From Candidatus Omnitrophota bacterium (lineage in GTDB: Bacteria; Omnitrophota; Gorgyraeia; Aquiviventales; Aquiviventaceae), in contig JAHFGV010000002.1 in assembly GCA_023247255.1 (NCBI GenBank), forward strand, positions 33,835-97,834: a DNA stretch of 64,000 nucleotides, written 5' to 3'. The translations under genes were made by a program, and so were the position numbers. The notes below the pieces were generated by a model. The model did no database searches. It saw nothing but the letters and a program-made list of their open reading frames with translations, and was not told the DNA's origin. Position 1 is the first letter of the stretch; each line of letters starts with the position of its first letter. Shown here piece after piece: positions 8,153 through 18,638 of the stretch.

Positions 8153-9351
8153 TGAGGCAGGTTTCTGGAGGAGTCACAGCGGCGAAAGGGTTTGTAGCGT
8201 CTGGAACGAGTGCCGGGATTAAACGGGGTCGTAAACCAGACGTTGCGCTTGTGGTCTCAGAATGGCCGGCAATCGTCGCTGGTGTTTTCACCAGAAACCG
8301 GGTGCAGGCAGCCCCCGTGCGCATCAGCAAAGACCGTGTGCGCAAGGCTAAGGCACGCGCGGTGTTTTTAACGAGTGGCTGTGCCAACTGTTTGACGGGA
8401 GTGCAGGGATGGCAGGATGCGCGGCTGCTTGGCCGAGTGGTTGCCCGTCACCTGGGATTCCCTGAGGACGAAGTTCTGTTGGCATCCACAGGAGTTATCG
8501 GACGTCGATTGCCTGTGCCAAGAATTCTACGGGTGATTCCCCAGTTAGTCCAGCGGCTCGATCGCGCGCATCATCGCGCGGCAGCACAGGCGATTCTGAC
8601 GACGGACCTCAAACCCAAAGAAGTGGCCCTGCAGACGACGATTCAGGGTCGGCGCTGCCACGTTGGAGGCATGGCGAAAGGTGCCGGTATGATTGCGCCT
8701 TCGATGGCGACGCTGCTTTCCGTGATTACCACTGATGTCGGCATGAGCCCGAGTGTGCTGCAGGCGATGCTTCGCGAGGCTGTCGCGCAGACGTTCAACC
8801 GTATCAGCGTTGACGGCGATAGGAGTACCAACGACACGGTGTTCGCGCTGGCCAATGGAGCTTCTGGGCTGAGCGTGAAGGCCATGACGCGCGACGCCAA
8901 GATCATCTCAGAGATGTTGCATCAGGTCTGCAAGGAGTTGGCCCAGCGGATTGTCGAGGATGGAGAAGGAGTCAGCCGTCTGATGGATGTCCAGGTATTG
9001 GGGGCACGCAGCCAAAGAGAGGCCGAAGCTTGTGTGCGGCAGGTCGCCGGCTCTAGTTTGGTGAAAACCATGTTGGCTGGTGCGGATCCTAATGTGGGTC
9101 GTATCGCGGCGGCGGCTGGCGCTTCCGCGGCTCGTTTTGATCCTTCGCAGATGGAGGTATTCATTGGAGGCCGACGAGTCATCGCCCAGGATAGGGTGTT
9201 GCCCTTGGACAAAGCTGTAGCCAAACGTCTTTTAGCCCCTTCTCGGGTTGCGGTGCGCATCGATCTGCACGCAGGCACGTTCCAGGCGCATCTTCTGACC
9301 TGCGATCTTACCGAAGATTACGTGAAGATCAACGCCGGCTATGCAACGTAA
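8149..9351 (+). CDS. argJ: bifunctional glutamate N-acetyltransferase / amino-acid acetyltransferase
   Basis: ArgJ family, with the autoproteolytic ATLLS site region and GAGMIAPSMATLLSVITTD. Confidence 0.9.
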   Translation: MMRQVSGGVTAAKGFVASGTSAGIKRGRKPDVALVVSEWPAIVAGVFTRNRVQAAPVRISKDRVRKAKARAVFLTSGCANCLTGVQGWQDARLLGRVVARHLGFPEDEVLLASTGVIGRRLPVPRILRVIPQLVQRLDRAHHRAAAQAILTTDLKPKEVALQTTIQGRRCHVGGMAKGAGMIAPSMATLLSVITTDVGMSPSVLQAMLREAVAQTFNRISVDGDRSTNDTVFALANGASGLSVKAMTRDAKIISEMLHQVCKELAQRIVEDGEGVSRLMDVQVLGARSQREAEACVRQVAGSSLVKTMLAGADPNVGRIAAAAGASAARFDPSQMEVFIGGRRVIAQDRVLPLDKAVAKRLLAPSRVAVRIDLHAGTFQAHLLTCDLTEDYVKINAGYAT

Positions 9352-9496
9352 TAAGCATGGCCAGCCTGTTAGGGTGTTAACGAGTGAGCGTGTCAGCGAG
9401 TATGCGGGTTTGTGAAATAGATTGTAACGGGCAAACGCGCCAACTCCCCAACTCGCTAACACGCCAGCACGCCAACTGGCTAACGCGCTAACTCTA

Positions 9497-10345
9497 ATGC
9501 AAGACTCTATACGAAAAGCCGATATCCTGATCGAGGCGCGGCCTTATCTGCAGGCATTCCGGGGTAAGGTGATCGTCGCTAAATATGGTGGCAGCGCGAT
9601 CGATAATCCAACCGCTATGCGCGGCATCCTGGAGGATCTCGTATTCCTGAGCGTGGTAGGGATTCGTGCGGTGTTGGTTCATGGGGGTGGCCCTGCGATT
9701 GCCCGCAAACTGGATTCACTCGGAAAGCAAAGCCGATTCGTGGATGGCATGCGCGTTACGGATCGGTTTACCCTGCGTGTGGTGAATAAAACCCTGGAAG
9801 AAATCAATCGCAGGCTCGTGAGTCAGATTCATCAGCTCGCAGGAGAGGCTGAAGGCCTGACGCCCAAACAAGAGGTCATCGTGGCCGAGCCTCATCTTCG
9901 GGCAGGCGAGTTGGGATACGTCGGTTCGGTGGCCTGGGTGCATACAGGCAGCATCCGTCGGGTGTTTGCACGACAGGCCATTGCCGTCATCTCACCCGTC
10001 GGGGTGGGTAACGGACAGCTTTACAACGTCAACGCGGATGACGTGGCCAGTGAAGTTGCCGCCAGTCTAAAAGCAGAAAAATTAGTTCTTTTGACCAATG
10101 TGCGCGGCATACTCAGCAAACCGGCTGATAGCGGATCGTTGCTGTCGACGCTGTCTGTTCGTAAAGTGACCCAGCTTATCCAGAAGGGAACCATCCAAGC
10201 AGGGATGATCCCAAAGGTCAATGCATGCGTCGAGGCGCTGCGGCGAGGGGTAAAGAAAACGCACATCATCGACGCGGCTTTGCCGCATGCGATGCTTCTT
10301 GAGATATTCACCCAACGAGGGATCGGGACGGAGATTATTCGATAA
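9497..10345 (+). CDS. argB: acetylglutamate kinase
   Basis: VIVAKYGGSAIDNP and VLVHGGGP motifs of amino-acid kinases. Confidence 0.9.
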   Translation: MQDSIRKADILIEARPYLQAFRGKVIVAKYGGSAIDNPTAMRGILEDLVFLSVVGIRAVLVHGGGPAIARKLDSLGKQSRFVDGMRVTDRFTLRVVNKTLEEINRRLVSQIHQLAGEAEGLTPKQEVIVAEPHLRAGELGYVGSVAWVHTGSIRRVFARQAIAVISPVGVGNGQLYNVNADDVASEVAASLKAEKLVLLTNVRGILSKPADSGSLLSTLSVRKVTQLIQKGTIQAGMIPKVNACVEALRRGVKKTHIIDAALPHAMLLEIFTQRGIGTEIIR

Positions 10346-10377
10346 AATGAGGGGGCAAGAGACACGGAGCAAGTTAT

Positions 10378-10447
10378 CATTTCGAATTTCGGATTTTTGA
10401 TTTCTTTTCAATCCGCCACTCGCAATCCCAAATCCGAAATTGAAACT
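10378..10447. repeat. palindromic element, TCGGATTT variant of the TCGATTG family
   Basis: ttcgaatttcggatttttgatttc ... caaatccgaaattgaaac inverted arms in the argB-argD spacer. Confidence 0.55.
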
Positions 10448-10463
10448 TGCCCCATTCTCCTGA

Positions 10464-11666
10464 GTGTGTGTTTCAATGGCTTCCCAGACCCAGAAGGTGA
10501 TTGAACAATACGAACGCTACGTGATGAACACCTACGTGCGCAGCCCCCTGGCATTGACGAAGGGCAAGGGTAGCCGGCTGTGGGATGTGGAGGGGCGAGA
10601 GTATCTGGATTTGTTTCCCGGTTGGGGCGTCGGTATCTTGGGCCACAACCATCCTTGGGTGATGAGCGCCTTGCGGGGACAGACCCGGCGTCTCATCCAT
10701 GTATCCAACAACTACTACCACCCGCTTCAATGGCAGGCAGCCAAGCGTGTCGTTGAAGCCTCCTTTGACGGAAAAGTCTTCTTTTGCAACAGCGGGGCAG
10801 AGGCGGTTGAATCGGCGGTGAAATTGGCGCGGCGCTGGGGCGCGGGGCGTTATGAAATTATTGTGATGGAACGTTCCTTCCACGGTCGCACGATGGCCGC
10901 CTTGAGCGCGACGGGACAGTCCAAATACCAGCAAGGCTTCGAGCCGCTATTGCCTGGGTTCATCCGAGTTCCGTTCAATGATTTGGAAGCGGTTCGCCGC
11001 GCGATTACGCCGAAGACCTGCGCGGTTTTGGTGGAGCCGATTCAGGGTGAGGGGGGACTGCGCGTCGGCACCGATGCATTTCTGCAAGGGCTTCGACAGC
11101 TCTGCGATGAGCACAGGTTCTTGCTCATCATGGACGAGGTCCAAAGCGGCATGGGACGAACAGGCAAATGGTTTGCCTATCAGCATACAGGCATTACGCC
11201 GGACGTGATGGTGCTTGCAAAGGCCCTGGGCGGCGGATTTCCAATTGCCGCCATGATAGCCAGACGCTCGGTTGCCGATACCCTGACACCGGGAAGCCAT
11301 GCTTCGACGTTTGGCGGAAATCCCTTGGGATGTGCAGCCATCGTGGCGGTCTTTGAAGCCATAGAAAAACAGGCTCTTCTTCAAAAAGTCAACACGCTCA
11401 GTCGAGTGATCTTTGAGCGGCTGAGGAAACTCGCGACGCGTTGCCCGATTATTCAAGAGGTGCGGGGGCGGGGATTCATGATTGGGATCGAGCTTACTGT
11501 CGCGGGACGGCCATTGGTGAGTGCCGCTTTGGACGAACGACTCCTGTTGAATTGTACCCAGGATACAGTTCTGAGGTTGCTTCCAGCCATGACGATTGCC
11601 AAACTTGAGCTCAACCGTGCGCTTTCGATTCTCGAGGGGATACTCTTGAAGAAGGCTCAAGGATAG
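10464..11666 (+). CDS. argD: acetylornithine aminotransferase
   Basis: Class-III PLP aminotransferase with DEVQSGMGRTGKWFA (Lys in the PLP site). Start may be 10476. Confidence 0.85.
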   Translation: MCVSMASQTQKVIEQYERYVMNTYVRSPLALTKGKGSRLWDVEGREYLDLFPGWGVGILGHNHPWVMSALRGQTRRLIHVSNNYYHPLQWQAAKRVVEASFDGKVFFCNSGAEAVESAVKLARRWGAGRYEIIVMERSFHGRTMAALSATGQSKYQQGFEPLLPGFIRVPFNDLEAVRRAITPKTCAVLVEPIQGEGGLRVGTDAFLQGLRQLCDEHRFLLIMDEVQSGMGRTGKWFAYQHTGITPDVMVLAKALGGGFPIAAMIARRSVADTLTPGSHASTFGGNPLGCAAIVAVFEAIEKQALLQKVNTLSRVIFERLRKLATRCPIIQEVRGRGFMIGIELTVAGRPLVSAALDERLLLNCTQDTVLRLLPAMTIAKLELNRALSILEGILLKKAQG

Positions 11667-11692
11667 CCCAGCGGAATTGAGAATAGGCCTCA

Positions 11693-12637
11693 TTGAGAAT
11701 GACGTCACGCCATTTTCTGACCTTGCAGGATGTGAGCGAAGACGAATTGCGCGGCTTGCTGTTGGAGGCCTCGCGCATGAAGTCGGACCGAAGCCGGGCG
11801 CAAAACGTATTGAAGGGCAAGACGGTCGCGTTGATTTTTCAAAAACCGTCCATGCGAACTCGCGTTGCCTGTGAAGTTGCCGTGCAGCAGCTGGCAGGCT
11901 CGGTGATCTATCTGGGCAAGGAGGATATCCAACTCGGGCAGCGAGAGCCGATCAAGGATGTAGCGCGGGTAATCTCGCGATATGTCGATGGCGTTGTGGT
12001 GCGCATGTTCGCGCATCGTGAGGTTGAAGAATTCGCCCGCTACGCCACGGTTCCTGTAATCAACGGCTTGTCTGATTCGGCGCATCCCTGTCAGGCGGTC
12101 GCGGATTTGTTGACCATCCAAGAACAGATGGGTCGTCTGCGGGGGGTTCGACTGGCCTATATCGGTGACGGGAACAATGTGTTGCATTCGTTGATGAACG
12201 GATGCGCGATGCTGGGGGTCAATCTGGCAGTAGCGACTCCGACGCGGTATCGGCCGGACCGAGGAATTTGGGAACAGGCCAGGCAGTCCGCCCGCAAGCA
12301 TGGTGGCAGCCTTCGATGGGAAGAAGATCCCCGTGAAGCTGCCCGAGGGGCCCAGGTGGTCTACACAGACGTCTGGATCAGCATGGGTCAGGAGAGGGAG
12401 CGTGCGGCGCGTCGCCAGGCATTTGGTCGCTATCAGCTTAATCCAACGCTGCTTAAACGGGCATCTGTGGATTGCCGGATCATGCACTGCCTTCCCGCTC
12501 ATCGTGGGGAGGAAATCACAGAAGAAGTTATGGAAAGTTCTGGTTCAGTGATCTTCGATCAAGCAGAGAACCGTCTTCATGTTCATAAGGCGATTCTGGT
12601 TTTCTTGATGACAAAACGAAAGAAGCATACTCGTTAA
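11693..12637 (+). CDS. argF: ornithine carbamoyltransferase
   Basis: SMRTR carbamoyl-phosphate motif and HPCQ ornithine-binding motif. Confidence 0.85.
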   Translation: MRMTSRHFLTLQDVSEDELRGLLLEASRMKSDRSRAQNVLKGKTVALIFQKPSMRTRVACEVAVQQLAGSVIYLGKEDIQLGQREPIKDVARVISRYVDGVVVRMFAHREVEEFARYATVPVINGLSDSAHPCQAVADLLTIQEQMGRLRGVRLAYIGDGNNVLHSLMNGCAMLGVNLAVATPTRYRPDRGIWEQARQSARKHGGSLRWEEDPREAARGAQVVYTDVWISMGQERERAARRQAFGRYQLNPTLLKRASVDCRIMHCLPAHRGEEITEEVMESSGSVIFDQAENRLHVHKAILVFLMTKRKKHTR

Positions 12638-12650
12638 AAACACAGGATCG

Positions 12651-13853
12651 ATGATGAAAACAGTTGTCTTAGCCTATTCCGGAGGATTGGACACATCGGT
12701 GTGCGTGAAGTGGTTGGCCGAGCGGGGCTATCGTGTCGTTGCGTTCATGGCGGATGTCGGGCAAGGTGAGCCTTCCACCGCAGCCATCCGTCGAGCCAAA
12801 ATTGCCGGCGCCGATTCGGTGATCATCCGCGATCTGCGTCAGGAGTTTGTGACTGACTTCTGCTGGCCGGCGCTGAAGGCCCATGCGGTTTATGAAGGGG
12901 CTTACTTGTTGGCGACGGCACTGTCGCGTCCTTTGATCGCCAAGCATCTGGTGGCTGTCGCGCATCGACTGAAGGCAAAAGCGATCGCCCATGGCTGCAC
13001 GGGCAAAGGCAATGATCAGGTTCGCTTTGAAGTGACGGCGAGGATTTTAGATCCTTCGCTTCAGATCATTGCTCCGGTCCGCGAGTGGGAATTTCGCAGC
13101 CGAGAAGAGGAAGTGGAGTATGCCTTGCGCCATCGTATTCCTATCGAGGTTTCCAAACGCAGCCCTTACAGCATCGACCAGAACCTTTGGGGAACAAGTA
13201 TTGAAGCCGGGGTTTTGGAGGATCCTTGGACGGAGCCGCCGGAAGAAACCTACCGGTCCATTCGTTCTCCCCGTCGGACATCTTCTCAACCGACGGCTGT
13301 GACGATCGGATTTGCAAAAGGCAATCCGATCAGTCTCAACGGTGAACGTTTGAAAGCGGTACCGCTTGTGGAGCGACTCAACCGACTCGGGGCCTTGCAC
13401 GGCGTTGGGCGCTGCGATATGATCGAAAGCCGAGTCGTGGGCATTAAATCCCGTGAGGTTTACGAATCACCGGCCGGGACGATTTTGCTTGGCGCGCATC
13501 AAGAACTGGAACGGTTGGTGTTGGATCGCCAGCTATTTCAGATGAAACAAACCTTGGGTATTAAGTACGCCGAGCTTGTCTATGGTGGACTCTGGTTCAC
13601 ACCGCTTAAAACAGCCTTGGACGCTTTTATCGATGAAACCCAACGCACCGTCACCGGGGAAGTCCGCCTGAAACTCTTCAAGGGGACTTGTCAGGTCGTT
13701 GGACGCCGATCCCCGCATAGCCTCTACCGAGAACATTTAGCTACTTACTCAGCCAAGGATCGATTCGACCCGCGCGCCTCAACAGGATTCATTAAATTAT
13801 TTGGACTTCCCTATGAAGGTAAAATGTGGAAGGTGGAGGATGGAAAGCGATAG
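12651..13853 (+). CDS. argG: argininosuccinate synthase
   Basis: AYSGGLDTS PP-loop. Confidence 0.9.
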   Translation: MMKTVVLAYSGGLDTSVCVKWLAERGYRVVAFMADVGQGEPSTAAIRRAKIAGADSVIIRDLRQEFVTDFCWPALKAHAVYEGAYLLATALSRPLIAKHLVAVAHRLKAKAIAHGCTGKGNDQVRFEVTARILDPSLQIIAPVREWEFRSREEEVEYALRHRIPIEVSKRSPYSIDQNLWGTSIEAGVLEDPWTEPPEETYRSIRSPRRTSSQPTAVTIGFAKGNPISLNGERLKAVPLVERLNRLGALHGVGRCDMIESRVVGIKSREVYESPAGTILLGAHQELERLVLDRQLFQMKQTLGIKYAELVYGGLWFTPLKTALDAFIDETQRTVTGEVRLKLFKGTCQVVGRRSPHSLYREHLATYSAKDRFDPRASTGFIKLFGLPYEGKMWKVEDGKR

Positions 13854-13890
13854 GCCCATGCGTGAGTCTGGTCTGCTTTTTATTGCAATC

Positions 13891-13925
13891 ACTGGTCACT
13901 GGTCACTGGTCACTAGCCACTGATA
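13891..13925. repeat. heptanucleotide tandem array (actggtc)x3 plus 2 degenerate units in the argG-argH spacer
   Basis: tcactggtcactggtcactggtcactagccactga immediately before the argH ATG. Confidence 0.7.
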
Positions 13926-15316
13926 TGGGTATTTCTCACACTAAGTTGTGGGGCGGACGTTTCCGAAAACAGACGGATCCGCTAGTCGAGGGGTACACGT
14001 CCAGCATTCGAGTGGATTATCGTCTGGCGCGCTATGATGTGATCGGTTCCATCGCTCATGCAAAGATGCTGGGTCGTTGTCAGATCATCGGTCCGAAAGA
14101 TTGCCGCAAGCTTGTCCGTGGCCTTGAGCGGATCCTTCGCACCATCGAGCAGGGTGACTGGCAAATGGATCCTTCCGCCGAGGATGTTCATACGCAGATT
14201 CAACAACAGTTGGAACGCCGGGTAGGTTCTGTCGCGCATAAGCTTCACACCGCACGCAGCCGTAACGATCAGGTCAGCTTGGATCTTCGACTCTATTGCC
14301 GGGATGCGGTTATCCAACTGGCCCAAGTAATCGGTATCCTTCAACGCGCCCTGATTCGATTCGCCGCAAAGAGTCAGAAGATTGTGATTCCAGGCTACAC
14401 GCACCTGCAACGGGCGCAGCCTGTCTTGTTCGCGCATCATCTTCTGGCCTACGTCGAGATGCTCCAGCGCGATGCCCAGCGCCTGGAGGATGTTCAGCGA
14501 CGCATCCAGGTGTTGCCTCTAGGTGCGGCGGCACTTGCGGGAACTTCCTTGCCGATCGATCGGCATTACGTGGCCAAGCTTCTGGGTTTTCCCCGGATAG
14601 CAGCCAACAGCCTGGATGCTGTTTCCGACCGGGACTTTGCTTGCGAGCTTATCGGTGTACTTGCCGGATTGCACGTTCATCTGTCTCGTTTTGCACAGGA
14701 CTGTATTCTTTGGGCGACGGAAGAATTTGGCCTCATCCGTCTGGATGACGCCATCGCGACAGGATCCAGCCTGATGCCGCAGAAGAAAAATCCGGATGTC
14801 CTTGAACTCATACGCGGACAAGCAGGACTCATCATCGGGAATCTGAGCGGATTCTTGACGGTGATGAAAGGCCTACCCTTGTCGTACAATCGAGACTTGC
14901 AGTGGGATAAGCGTTTTGTCTTCGAGTCGGTTGAGGCAAGCGTGGATGCCTTGACGGTTCTTGAGCGGTTCGTCTGCCATCTAAACGTTCGTCCGGAGGG
15001 AATCGCGCATCTGTTGGAATCGGACTTTATCTGCGCGACGGACTTGGCTGAATACTTGGTTGAGAGAGGCCTTGCGTTTCGTCAGGCCCATGAAGTCGTG
15101 GGACGCCTGGTTGCCTTCACCGAGACGCAGGGAAAGCGTTTGAAGGATCTATCCTTGGCGCAGCTTCGGCGTTTTTCCAAACGATTCGATGAACCAGCGC
15201 TGCGTTTGGCTGACCCTTACCGGTCGGTTGAGCGCAAACGCAGCTTCGGCAGCACCCATCCGGCTCAGGTCCGTCGAGCGCTGCGTCAATGGCGGCTTCG
15301 ATTGGGAATGCGGTGA
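13925..15316 (+). CDS. argH: argininosuccinate lyase
   Basis: MGISHTKLWGGRF N-terminus and the fumarate-lyase signature. ORF-track start 13826 is a read-through of the heptamer array and is rejected. Confidence 0.9.
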   Translation: MGISHTKLWGGRFRKQTDPLVEGYTSSIRVDYRLARYDVIGSIAHAKMLGRCQIIGPKDCRKLVRGLERILRTIEQGDWQMDPSAEDVHTQIQQQLERRVGSVAHKLHTARSRNDQVSLDLRLYCRDAVIQLAQVIGILQRALIRFAAKSQKIVIPGYTHLQRAQPVLFAHHLLAYVEMLQRDAQRLEDVQRRIQVLPLGAAALAGTSLPIDRHYVAKLLGFPRIAANSLDAVSDRDFACELIGVLAGLHVHLSRFAQDCILWATEEFGLIRLDDAIATGSSLMPQKKNPDVLELIRGQAGLIIGNLSGFLTVMKGLPLSYNRDLQWDKRFVFESVEASVDALTVLERFVCHLNVRPEGIAHLLESDFICATDLAEYLVERGLAFRQAHEVVGRLVAFTETQGKRLKDLSLAQLRRFSKRFDEPALRLADPYRSVERKRSFGSTHPAQVRRALRQWRLRLGMR

Positions 15317-15382
15317 CTGCGTATAAGCTCACTGATGAGGCTGTTGTGAGAAATTGTCGATTCTTGATTAACGATCGTTGCT

Positions 15383-16696
15383 ATGTTCTATCCGCATGAC
15401 TTTCATCGCGTAAAGGGTGATCTTTATTGTGAAGGCGTATCCGTCGAGCGGATTGCCCAGGCCGTGGGTACGCCGGTCTACGTCTACAGCTACAAGACGA
15501 TCGTGGAGCACTTCCGAAAGCTCAAAGGGGCTTTCAAGAGCATTCGTCCTTTGATCTGTTTCTCCGTCAAGGCCAATGGTAATTTGGCTATCCTCCGCCT
15601 GTTGGTGCGTGAGGGGGCGGGTTTGGACATCGTTTCCGGAGGCGAGTTATACAAGGCACGGAAAGCCGGCTGTTTTGGCTCGCGTATCGTGTATGCTAGC
15701 GTTGGTAAAAGGCCAGATGAAATTCGGACAGCGCTGGGGGCCAAGATATTCTGTTTTAACGTGGAATCCGCGCCGGAGTTGGAAGCGATCGATGCGGCTG
15801 CGCGTCGGATGCATACCGTTGCCCGGGTGGCGTTGCGTATCAATCCGAATGTCGAGGCGCATACCCACAGGCACATTACGACAGGCATTGCAGAAAGCAA
15901 ATTCGGCATCGATTCAAAGACAGCCTTGAGTCTGATTCGCCGTCACGCAGGCTTTCCAGGAATACGCATGATCGGTCTGCATGTTCATATCGGCTCTCAG
16001 ATCAGCCGTGCGCAGCCTTTCATCCAGGCGATTCGTCGTCTGGCTCCTCTGATTCACAAGGCGCGTCGTTTGGGTGTAGGGCTGGAATGGCTCAATCTGG
16101 GTGGGGGCTTGGGGATCGTCTATCAAGAACACGAGCAGCCGCAGACGCCTCAGGCGTTTGCGAAAGCGGTGCTTCCTCCGTTGCGCCGGTTGCGTGTGCG
16201 ATTGATTCTGGAGCCTGGGCGTTTTATTGTCGGTAACGCCGGGGTGTTGGTGACACGAGTGCTTTATGTAAAATCGGGTTTTGCGACGGATGATTCCGTC
16301 CAAACTCAGGCAGGCAGGCAATTTGTGGTGGTGGACGCAGGGATGAACGATTTGATCCGGCCGGCGCTCTACGATGCTTACCATGAAGTGATTCCTGTTA
16401 AGGCTCATCGCCAAACGCTCAACGGTCAACGACGGTATCACATCGTAGGGCCGGTTTGTGAGAGCGCGGATGTGCTGGCGCGTGATAGGGCTCTGGGAGA
16501 GCTGATGTCTGGAGATTTCTTAGCCATCTTGGGAACCGGTGCCTACGGCTCTACGATGAGTTCCAACTATAACGGTCGCCCGCGGCCGGCGGAGGTTCTG
16601 GTGCGCGGCAACGAATGGGCTTTGATCCGTAAGCGAGAGACGCTGCGCGATCTCATTCGGCAGGATGTCGTTCCGACTCAGATTTTGGGTAGATGA
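15383..16696 (+). CDS. lysA: diaminopimelate decarboxylase
   Basis: Orn/DAP/Arg decarboxylase family 2 with FSVKAN PLP lysine. Confidence 0.9.
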   Translation: MFYPHDFHRVKGDLYCEGVSVERIAQAVGTPVYVYSYKTIVEHFRKLKGAFKSIRPLICFSVKANGNLAILRLLVREGAGLDIVSGGELYKARKAGCFGSRIVYASVGKRPDEIRTALGAKIFCFNVESAPELEAIDAAARRMHTVARVALRINPNVEAHTHRHITTGIAESKFGIDSKTALSLIRRHAGFPGIRMIGLHVHIGSQISRAQPFIQAIRRLAPLIHKARRLGVGLEWLNLGGGLGIVYQEHEQPQTPQAFAKAVLPPLRRLRVRLILEPGRFIVGNAGVLVTRVLYVKSGFATDDSVQTQAGRQFVVVDAGMNDLIRPALYDAYHEVIPVKAHRQTLNGQRRYHIVGPVCESADVLARDRALGELMSGDFLAILGTGAYGSTMSSNYNGRPRPAEVLVRGNEWALIRKRETLRDLIRQDVVPTQILGR

Positions 16697-16750
16697 CAGG
16701 TGCCACTTGAAAGGTGCTAGGTGAGAGGTGAATGAAAAATAAGGTGAAAG
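16697..16750. repeat. purine-rich AGGTGA-type tandem repeats (lysA-dapF spacer)
   Basis: gaaaggtgctaggtgagaggtgaatgaaaaataaggtgaaag. Confidence 0.5.
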
Positions 16751-17721
16751 CCGCAATCCGCAATCCGCAATCCCCGATTCAAGGCGTTTCGTACACTAAA
16801 TTATCGGGCACAGGCAATGATTTTGTGCTGGTGGATACGCTCCATACGCAAACGGGCCGAGCGCATGTGAGCTGGCCGAGGATTGCCCAGCGTCTATGCA
16901 ATCGCAGCCAGGGGATCGGAGCGGATGGCCTGTTGGTATTGGGACGCTCGCGTGTCGCGGATGTTCGGATGAGAATTTTTAATCCGGACGGCTCAGAACC
17001 TGACATGTGCGGAAATGGGCTGCGGTGCCTGGCTTGGTACGCTACGCGATCGGGACAGGCTCGGGAGGGAGGAACTCTGACCATCCAAACCAAGGCCGGA
17101 ATCAAACAGGCCACCTTTGATAGTCCTAATCATGTTCGGGTTGATTTGGGAGTGCCTCGGTTTATTCGGCACTTCCACCGATTCGTCGTGGAAGGGCGGA
17201 GGGTTTTTCATATGGACGTTGTCAACTCCGGGGTTTTCCATGTCGTGTGTTGGGTATCGGATGTATCTCGGATCGATGTCCGGAAGCTCGGACGTTATCT
17301 GCGAAACCATCCCCGGTTTCGACCGCAAGGAGCCAATGTCGATTTCGTGGAATGGGTTTCTATGACTCAGCCCGCACGCCCGTTCGGAAATGAGCGGCCT
17401 TATCGAATCCGATTGAAGATGAGGACGTATGAACGCGGGGTGGAAGCCGAGACGCGTGCGTGTGGCACGGGGGCCGTGGCATCTGCGGCTGCTGCCATCC
17501 ATCATGCGTTGAGCCGTGAAACCCAAAGAACCTCTTCGGATATGCATCGTCCATTCGCTGTCGAGGTTTCTGTTCCGGGGGGAGTGCTTCGGGTCAATCT
17601 TGAGGCTAAAAGCCACTGCCTGCGGCAGAAGCAGAAATGGAATCTCGGCCATGCGTGGCTTGAAGGCAAGATCACACGACTCGACAGGGGAGTTTTTACG
17701 TTTGCCAACGGGAGAGAATAA
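16732..17721 (+). CDS. dapF: diaminopimelate epimerase
   Basis: KLSGTGNDFVLVD and catalytic Cys motifs CGNGLRC. Confidence 0.85.
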   Translation: MKNKVKAAIRNPQSPIQGVSYTKLSGTGNDFVLVDTLHTQTGRAHVSWPRIAQRLCNRSQGIGADGLLVLGRSRVADVRMRIFNPDGSEPDMCGNGLRCLAWYATRSGQAREGGTLTIQTKAGIKQATFDSPNHVRVDLGVPRFIRHFHRFVVEGRRVFHMDVVNSGVFHVVCWVSDVSRIDVRKLGRYLRNHPRFRPQGANVDFVEWVSMTQPARPFGNERPYRIRLKMRTYERGVEAETRACGTGAVASAAAAIHHALSRETQRTSSDMHRPFAVEVSVPGGVLRVNLEAKSHCLRQKQKWNLGHAWLEGKITRLDRGVFTFANGRE

Positions 17722-17723
17722 AA

Positions 17724-18638
17724 ATGATTCAGTGGCGCGGGTCCATGGTCGCACTCGTCACACCCTTTCGTGATGATCGAATTGACGAAAGCGTCCTCAA
17801 GCAGCTCGTCCAGATGCATGTCGAATCCGGCACCAGCGCCTTGGTGCCTTGCGGAACCACAGGCGAATCTGCCACCCTCTCTCACGAGGAACATGATCGC
17901 GTGATCGAAGTGACGGTTCAGGCCTCACGCGGCCGGATTCCGGTAATTGCCGGAACCGGATCAAACAACACGCGTGAAGCCGTCCGTCTGACCCAACATG
18001 CCCAACGAGTGGGTGTCGATGCCGCCTTGTTGATCAGCCCTTACTACAACCGCCCGACCCAACAGGGACTCTACCTTCACTTTAAAGCGATCGCTGAATC
18101 GGTGGATCTGCCTCTTGTGGTTTACAACGTTCCCTCTCGAACGGCGGTCAACATTGAACCAGAAACCCTCGCGAGGCTTACGGAATTTCGTAACATCGTG
18201 GCGGTCAAAGAAGCCAGCGGCAATCTCCAGCAGATGAGACGGATATTGGAACTCACCCAGGGAAAGCTGGCACTTCTATCCGGCGATGACTCCCTGACCT
18301 TTCCCGTGCTAGAGCTTGGGGGAAGAGGGGTGATCTCCGTCGTTGCAAATATCGTGCCGGCCGATGTGGCTGCGATGGTGGCTGCTTCAGAAGTCGGGAA
18401 AAGGCAACGGGCCAACGAGTGGCATGAACGCCTGCTTCCCTTGGCCAAGGTGCTGTTTCTTGAGACCAATCCGATTCCCGTTAAGACCGCCATGGGAATG
18501 CTAGGGATGATTCAACCGGAGTTGCGACTTCCCCTGTGCGCGCTGTCCGAGTCGAATCAACAAAGACTGCGCCAAGCCCTCCAAGCGTATGGGCTCCTCA
18601 AAGCAGGTGAAAGGTGCGAGGTGAAAGGTGCGAAGTAA
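17724..18638 (+). CDS. dapA: 4-hydroxy-tetrahydrodipicolinate synthase
   Basis: MVALVTPF...GTTGESATLS N-terminus. The C-terminal tail runs into the AGGTGA repeats. Confidence 0.9.
   Translation: MIQWRGSMVALVTPFRDDRIDESVLKQLVQMHVESGTSALVPCGTTGESATLSHEEHDRVIEVTVQASRGRIPVIAGTGSNNTREAVRLTQHAQRVGVDAALLISPYYNRPTQQGLYLHFKAIAESVDLPLVVYNVPSRTAVNIEPETLARLTEFRNIVAVKEASGNLQQMRRILELTQGKLALLSGDDSLTFPVLELGGRGVISVVANIVPADVAAMVAASEVGKRQRANEWHERLLPLAKVLFLETNPIPVKTAMGMLGMIQPELRLPLCALSESNQQRLRQALQAYGLLKAGERCEVKGAK

Noticed and set aside
10947-11708. 253-aa minus-strand ORF.
   Set aside because: It is antisense to argD.
11705-12502. 265-aa minus-strand ORF.
   Set aside because: It is antisense to argF (ornithine carbamoyltransferase with SMRTR/HPCQ motifs).
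13826-13924. ArgH start at ATG 13826, overlapping argG.
   Set aside because: It would translate the heptamer array into an atypical N-terminus. The canonical ArgH N-terminus MGISHTKLWGGRF begins at 13925.
16993-17754. 253-aa minus-strand ORF.
   Set aside because: It is fully antisense to dapF, which has clear catalytic motifs, and has no independent support.
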